Positions 59,185-64,000 of a DNA stretch of 64,000 nt are shown one piece after another. This DNA comes from Thermodesulfobium acidiphilum (lineage in GTDB: Bacteria > Thermodesulfobiota > Thermodesulfobiia > Thermodesulfobiales > Thermodesulfobiaceae). A program made the translations under genes and the position numbers. The stretch lies in the NCBI RefSeq assembly GCF_003057965.1, contig NZ_CP020921.1:1414916-1478915 (forward strand). Direction: 5' to 3'. The notes beneath the pieces are model-generated. The model saw nothing but the letters and a program-made list of their open reading frames with translations. It ran no database searches and was not told the DNA's origin. The number at the start of each line of letters is the position of its first letter. The stretch's first letter is position 1.

Positions 59185-60001
59185 GTTTCAACTCTAAAGG
59201 TTTTAAACAAGAAGTAATAACCTTTCCCATTCCTAACAGCTTTTTCTCTATGTGTTTTGTTCTATTAGTCTTAGCATAGAAAACAGAACCAGAACCGCTC
59301 ATCAGATTCCATTCACACTCTTCATTTAAGATTTCTTTAATTTTTTTTAGTTCAGCATCAGACGACAAAACTAAATCCTCAAAAACATTCCCAAGTTTAA
59401 TAAAACCTTCTTTTTTTGCATCAAAAAACTGTTTTGTATAATTACTGGCTCTTGGGCTTTTATCGAACAAACTATAAGCAAAAGAAGTTGATATTCCTTT
59501 ATTTGGAATCACTAATATTATTTCTTCACTCAAATATTCATCCAATTTAAAAACCTTTTCTCCCCTACCCTCTACCAAACACATTCCGCCATAAAAAAAA
59601 TAGGCTATATCTGATCCAAAATTAATTGATACATCAACTAAATCTTCTCTAGATAGTCCTAAAGAAAAAATTAAATTGATAGCATATAAAAAAGCTGCTG
59701 CATCACTAGAACCCCCTCCCAACCCCCCCATTAAAGGAGTACTTTTTCCCAGATATAGATATACCCCCTTTTTAATATCAAAATTCAAAGACACATAATT
59801 CCAAATTTTATGTATAATGTTATTTTTTATCTCAATGTTAGAATCAATTATTAACTTTTTTTCTTCTATAAGTTCTAGGCGTAATAGATCAAAGAGTTCA
59901 ATGCTGTGAAATACCGATCTTATTTCATGATAACCATCCGGGTATTTTCCTATTACGTCAAGGCTTAAGTTAACTTTTGCAAATGCATTGATCTCAAAAA
60001 T
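59171..60001 (-). CDS. ispE: 4-diphosphocytidyl-2-C-methyl-D-erythritol kinase (probable ATT start)
   Basis: The track ORF extends in frame to ATT at 60001 (MFEINAFAKVNLSLDVIGKYPDGYHEIRS). GLGGGSSDAA, GSD and MSGSGS; 276 aa. Confidence 0.9.
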   Translation of the reverse strand: MFEINAFAKVNLSLDVIGKYPDGYHEIRSVFHSIELFDLLRLELIEEKKLIIDSNIEIKNNIIHKIWNYVSLNFDIKKGVYLYLGKSTPLMGGLGGGSSDAAAFLYAINLIFSLGLSREDLVDVSINFGSDIAYFFYGGMCLVEGRGEKVFKLDEYLSEEIILVIPNKGISTSFAYSLFDKSPRASNYTKQFFDAKKEGFIKLGNVFEDLVLSSDAELKKIKEILNEECEWNLMSGSGSVFYAKTNRTKHIEKKLLGMGKVITSCLKPLELKLIEF

Positions 60002-60112
60002 ATTTTCTCTCCCCTAACGTTAAATAAGTTAGTTAAACTTAATCAAATTATAATCTAAAAATTAGATTATAATTGATATAATATTCTAAACTATAATTCA
60101 AGGAGTAAGCCT

Positions 60113-60778
60113 TTGGAACAACTTTCTAATCTATTAAACGTAATCTATATTAACGTTATAAATTTAAACATGAGCATATGGACCTTTTACTTTATTGCCT
60201 TTGTTTGGCTTTCTTTAGACTCAATGGGATTGCCACTGCCTTACGAAGGAATGTTGCTAATTACAGGTGCACTAGTTGGAGCAGGTTTTATAAACCCATT
60301 AGAAGCAATTATTTTAACTATTTTTTCTACAGTTTTTGGAGCCTGTTTGTCCTTTTTGATAGGAACAAGATTAAAGTTCTTAACGTCTAAGGTTAGCACA
60401 AAGTATAAAAATATTTTAGATCATATTTTATATCTCATTGAGGGAGAGAAAGGTTTTTTTATACTAATAATTGTGCGCTTTTTGCCTGGAATTAGACATT
60501 TTTCTTCTTATATTGCAGGTATTTCAAGGGTTAACTTAAAGGACTTCTTCCTTCCCACAACGATAGGCAGTTCTATCTGGAGTATTTTTGTATTAATGGT
60601 TGGATTTTCTGGCATAGAAAGTGTAAAAATGTTCAAAGAAAATTCACTTCTAGCATCTTTAATTCTCGTAATCACAATTACTCTATTCGGATATATTTAT
60701 TTCTCTCTACACAAACATAGCAAAAGATTGCTTAAGGTTAAAAAAGGAGAAATTTATGAAAAAGAGACTACTAATTGA
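60113..60778 (+). CDS. DedA family membrane protein
   Basis: GLPLPYE, RFLPGIR and AGISR. Confidence 0.85.
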   Translation: MEQLSNLLNVIYINVINLNMSIWTFYFIAFVWLSLDSMGLPLPYEGMLLITGALVGAGFINPLEAIILTIFSTVFGACLSFLIGTRLKFLTSKVSTKYKNILDHILYLIEGEKGFFILIIVRFLPGIRHFSSYIAGISRVNLKDFFLPTTIGSSIWSIFVLMVGFSGIESVKMFKENSLLASLILVITITLFGYIYFSLHKHSKRLLKVKKGEIYEKETTN

Positions 60779-61121
60779 AATGGGTATGGGAGTTGACCAA
60801 CACGGTCAATCTCCTACCAAAGCAGCAATAAAAGCCATTAAAAATGCAATTCAAAACGTATATATAACAGGATTAATAGAGATATTCAACATAAAAAATT
60901 TAAATGAGATTGAAATCGTTGCTGAACTAGCAGCTCCTCGTCCAGAAGAAGTAAACATAGAAGAAGTAAAAAAAGCTTTTCCAATTCAGGGCAACATAGA
61001 GATAATAGTTAAAGAAGGAGGAATGTCAATAAAAGCACTCAAAATTGAAGAGCTAAAAGATATTAGCAACGAAGTAATTATTTGTTGCGCAGCTGTAAGT
61101 GTATTTGTAAACGTGAACTAA
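60756..61121 (+). CDS. Lin0512 family protein
   Basis: IEMGMGVDQHGQSPTKAA...EVKKAFP...EGGM. Confidence 0.85.
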   Translation: MKKRLLIEMGMGVDQHGQSPTKAAIKAIKNAIQNVYITGLIEIFNIKNLNEIEIVAELAAPRPEEVNIEEVKKAFPIQGNIEIIVKEGGMSIKALKIEELKDISNEVIICCAAVSVFVNVN

Positions 61122-62269
61122 AAAACACTATCTATTTTTGAAATATTTTCGAGAGTTCTTTTCCTTATTATTGAGTCATCAGGATAGGGCTCTTCAATAG
61201 GAGAAAGAAGAGGGATTGTTTTTGACTTACAAACTAAACAAATAGATTCAAGGTTTTTCTTTTTAAAAACAACAAATCTCCTACCACATACGGGACAGTA
61301 TACTAACTCTTTTTGTCCTGACTTTTTGCCTCTTTTTGCAATCGGCACTCCTTCAATTTCTACAATATCCATTGAAAAATTTATTATAGGTGCATTCGTT
61401 AAAGCGGTACCTACACCAAAAATATCTACTATATCACACAGATCTCCAGCTATATATTCATCTATTCCGCCAGAAAGTACAATTTTTACTTTCTTAAAGC
61501 CTCTTAAGTCGAGTTCCCATCTCACTTCTTCAACAATTTTTCTCACATCCCCCCTTCTCGAAAAAGGAGTATCAAGCCTAACAGCATACAGTCCTTCGCC
61601 CAAAAGTTTGGCAGCTTCAATAGCTTCAAATTTTTCATCGCAAAAAGTATCAATAAGAGCAATTCTAGGAGTATCCTTTTCAATTACATCGTCAAAAGCT
61701 TTAAGTGCTTCTTTTAAAGATCCCATGAGAAGGACGAGCGAGTGAGGCATTGTTCCCCTTGGAGTTTGATTTATTGTTCTTGCACCAATAATACTCGAAA
61801 CGCCGTTACATCCGCCAATATAAGCATTTCTTTCAAGGTGAGCAGTAATTGAAGGATGAGCACGTCTTGAACCAAAGGAAATAAGTTCTTTAGATCCAAT
61901 AACCTTTTTAATTCTAGCTGCCTTTGTAGCTACTGCAGATGCCTGGCAAAGAATGCCCAGGATAGCAGTTTCAAAAATAGCAAAATCCAAATAGTTTCCC
62001 TTTATTATTAAAACAGGTTCATCAGGATAAAAGACGCTGCCCTCTTTAAGAGATAAAACTTCTATATCCTTTAATTCATTAAGGATTAGCCTGACTTCAT
62101 TAATACCTGCAAAAATAGCCCAATTATAACCAGATGGAAAAGAGGAGGCTTTAATCTCAGCTACAACTTTTTTATTAATGCCTTTTTCCTTAAGGATTCT
62201 AAAAGTCCTTAAAAAGTAAGAGTCTGCAGTAAGGCCTTCAATTATATCATCAAAATTTGAAATAAGCAC
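61118..62269 (-). CDS. pncB: Nicotinate phosphoribosyltransferase
   Basis: TADSYF, FGSRR, GTMPH, VRLDTP, SGG and FGVGT. Confidence 0.9.
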   Translation of the reverse strand: MLISNFDDIIEGLTADSYFLRTFRILKEKGINKKVVAEIKASSFPSGYNWAIFAGINEVRLILNELKDIEVLSLKEGSVFYPDEPVLIIKGNYLDFAIFETAILGILCQASAVATKAARIKKVIGSKELISFGSRRAHPSITAHLERNAYIGGCNGVSSIIGARTINQTPRGTMPHSLVLLMGSLKEALKAFDDVIEKDTPRIALIDTFCDEKFEAIEAAKLLGEGLYAVRLDTPFSRRGDVRKIVEEVRWELDLRGFKKVKIVLSGGIDEYIAGDLCDIVDIFGVGTALTNAPIINFSMDIVEIEGVPIAKRGKKSGQKELVYCPVCGRRFVVFKKKNLESICLVCKSKTIPLLSPIEEPYPDDSIIRKRTLENISKIDSVF

Positions 62270-62275
62270 TTTATT

Positions 62276-62989
62276 TCAAGACTCTTTTTTTGGTTTTCTA
62301 CCACAAGATTTCTCCTCATTGCAATATCCAATGATTTCACACTTTGGGCACAAAAATTCAGAAAGAAAGGGAGAAATCTCAAAAACTCTTTTCTTGATTT
62401 CCTCAAACACTAATCTTATTTCCCATTGAGCTCTTTGACAAAGTCTGAGACTAGAAGCATGCATAAGTTCTCTGAAATTCATTGTCATCACAAGAGAGGT
62501 GTGAGCGCTATTTGGCAAAATATATCTTGCATCTTCAGCAGGTACCCCTTTAGATAACAGATCCTCATAAAGCCTTCTGCCCAATTCCAAATAATCTCTA
62601 TACTTAGTTAAAATCGAGGGATGTTTCTGAAAGGATGGAGGGAAAACATATAAATCTCCAATTTCAATTCTCTTATCAGTTCCTGATGCTAAGGCTTTTA
62701 CTCCAAATCTTGTATATCTTTGACTTTTTTGAGTAAATGAAGCAATCCTGTGTCTTACAAGTTGATGCGAACAAGACCTGGAAATGTTTTCAATACCAAA
62801 TGTAAAAGAAACGTGTTCAAAGGGCGTGTGATGTCCCATTTTATATAGCCTTTTTACCAGTTCTTGAGCCTCATCCTCTTTTAGTTCAGAATAAACGCCA
62901 AGAATAGATTTATTAGTAACCGAAACTCTTGCCCCCAGGGCAATAGCCCTGACAGGGTCTGGAGTGTTGTAAATTAGGGAAACCTTAAT
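62276..62989 (-). CDS. thyX: FAD-dependent thymidylate synthase (probable ATT start)
   Basis: [27 protein letters not shown] and AQWEIR. The frame extends to ATT at 62989 ([21 protein letters not shown]), overlapping the rpmE stop. Confidence 0.92.
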   Translation of the reverse strand: MKVSLIYNTPDPVRAIALGARVSVTNKSILGVYSELKEDEAQELVKRLYKMGHHTPFEHVSFTFGIENISRSCSHQLVRHRIASFTQKSQRYTRFGVKALASGTDKRIEIGDLYVFPPSFQKHPSILTKYRDYLELGRRLYEDLLSKGVPAEDARYILPNSAHTSLVMTMNFRELMHASSLRLCQRAQWEIRLVFEEIKKRVFEISPFLSEFLCPKCEIIGYCNEEKSCGRKPKKES

Positions 62990-63209
62990 TTTCGCTTTCT
63001 CCCTTATTTTTTTTGCTATATTTCTTGTTAAACTTTTCTATTCTGCCTTCAGTATCAACAAGCTTTTGAGTGCCCGTAAAAAACGGATGACATTTTGAAC
63101 ATATTTCTACCTTTATTGACTTCCTTGTTGATCCAGTGGTAAAGGTATTGCCACAAGCACATGTAACAACACAGTCCTCATAAAATCGAGGATGAATTCC
63201 TTCTTTCAA
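62985..63209 (-). CDS. rpmE: 50S ribosomal protein L31 (Zn-binding type)
   Basis: MKEGIHP...CACG...[13 protein letters not shown] start at 63209 after GGAGGTG. Confidence 0.95.
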   Translation of the reverse strand: MKEGIHPRFYEDCVVTCACGNTFTTGSTRKSIKVEICSKCHPFFTGTQKLVDTEGRIEKFNKKYSKKNKGESEN

Positions 63210-63310
63210 TTGATACACCTCCAATTCAAGTTAAGATATTTTAACATAAATTAAAAAAGAATATATAATTAACAAGATTATAGAAAATATTTTTTTTAAG
63301 GAGGTAACAT

Positions 63311-63673
63311 ATGTCTGAGAAACTTGTCGTAACAGTAACAGTTGGTCCTGACGATCCAGAAAAAGCCACATTTGCATTTATTATGGCCAATACAGCCTTG
63401 ATAATGGAAATGGACGTAACAATGATATTTCAATCTAACGGCATTTACAATGTAACCAAAGGTACATATGAGCACATAAGAGCAGTTGAACATGAGAGCA
63501 TCAAAGAACACGTCGAAAATTTTATTGAAAACGGCGGAAAACTTCTTGCATGTATTCCCGCCTGCATTTCCAAAGAAATACCTAAAGATCAGCTCATAGA
63601 TGGTGTTCAAATGATAAAAGCAGGAAGGGCGCTCAAAGAGATGATGGAAGCAGATCTTGTCCTGAATTATTAA
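63311..63673 (+). CDS. DsrE-family protein
   Basis: GPDDPEKA...GGKLLACIPAC...ADLVLNY. Confidence 0.8.
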   Translation: MSEKLVVTVTVGPDDPEKATFAFIMANTALIMEMDVTMIFQSNGIYNVTKGTYEHIRAVEHESIKEHVENFIENGGKLLACIPACISKEIPKDQLIDGVQMIKAGRALKEMMEADLVLNY

Positions 63674-63724
63674 AGCTTATTTATATACTATCTAACAAAA
63701 ATATTTTTAAATAGTTTATAAACA

Positions 63725-63773
63725 AAACAACAAGGTGTACGAACCACATATAAGTTCATACACCTTGTTGTTT
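63725..63773. terminator. Bidirectional terminator between convergent genes
   Basis: AAACAACAAGGTGTA...TACACCTTGTTGTTT long inverted repeat. Confidence 0.75.
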
Positions 63774-63777
63774 GTAT

Positions 63778-64000
63778 TTAATAACCTTCTCCTTTACCTT
63801 CCTTTATCTTATAACTAAACGTTTTATATGTCCAAAATTTATAGAAGAGCACGATTGGAACAAATATTATAACAACAATTGTCATCACAGCTAGGGTATA
63901 TTGACTCGAAGATGAATTAAATGCGCTCAAGCTAAAGGCATTGTTAATACTAGACGGAATAAGATTTGGATATAGACCGCCTACACCAGTAAAGGTTAAG
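63778..64000 (-). CDS. cydB: Cytochrome bd oxidase subunit II, C-terminal part (start lies beyond the window)
   Basis: Manual translation GLYPNLIPSSINNAFSLSAFNSSSSQYTLAVMTIVVIIFVPIVLFYKIWTYKTF...GY* is the typical CydB end. Confidence 0.85.
   Translation of the reverse strand, partial: LTFTGVGGLYPNLIPSSINNAFSLSAFNSSSSQYTLAVMTIVVIIFVPIVLFYKFWTYKTFSYKIKEGKGEGY

Noticed and set aside
1-64000. CRISPR array, prophage or intact IS element
   Set aside because: I saw no regularly spaced repeats, cas genes, phage structural genes or complete transposase by eye.

Overview
This is a low-GC (AT-rich) bacterial chromosome segment. Gene order is Firmicutes-like, but there are outer-membrane features (SLH-porin, GT9 heptosyltransferase, O-antigen ligase), so I infer a diderm anaerobe resembling Thermodesulfobium (not verified). 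About 1.8-15.4 kb is accessory DNA: an Rpn remnant, a PLD-SNF2 helicase, a type IIG-like adenine methyltransferase, a nonsense-interrupted ABC-ATPase-HEPN gene, a DUF3644/HEPN gene carrying a copy of the methyltransferase 3' end, a decayed gene, PepSY plus a two-component system, and an orphan dam. After that come a DtxR-boxed feo operon ending in an SLH porin, queDE, menaquinone and tetrapyrrole genes, pstCAB-phoU, and the rpsU-ybeY-dgkA-pyrG-cdd-recO-glyQS-ppdK-dgt superoperon. The right end holds 6S RNA, tRNA-Asp, ispE, pncB, thyX, rpmE and the end of cydB. The most notable observations are: (1) a cyanobacterial-type MgdA/DgdA-like glycolipid gene pair inside the housekeeping superoperon; (2) HEPN effector genes bracketed by a duplicated methyltransferase tail; (3) an unannotated CxxU selenoprotein candidate with a SECIS-like hairpin; (4) five genes that appear to start at ATT/ATC/ATA/CTG; (5) a pseudoknotted 5' leader on a paaK-like gene. 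All family calls come from motif recognition by eye; no database searches were run.
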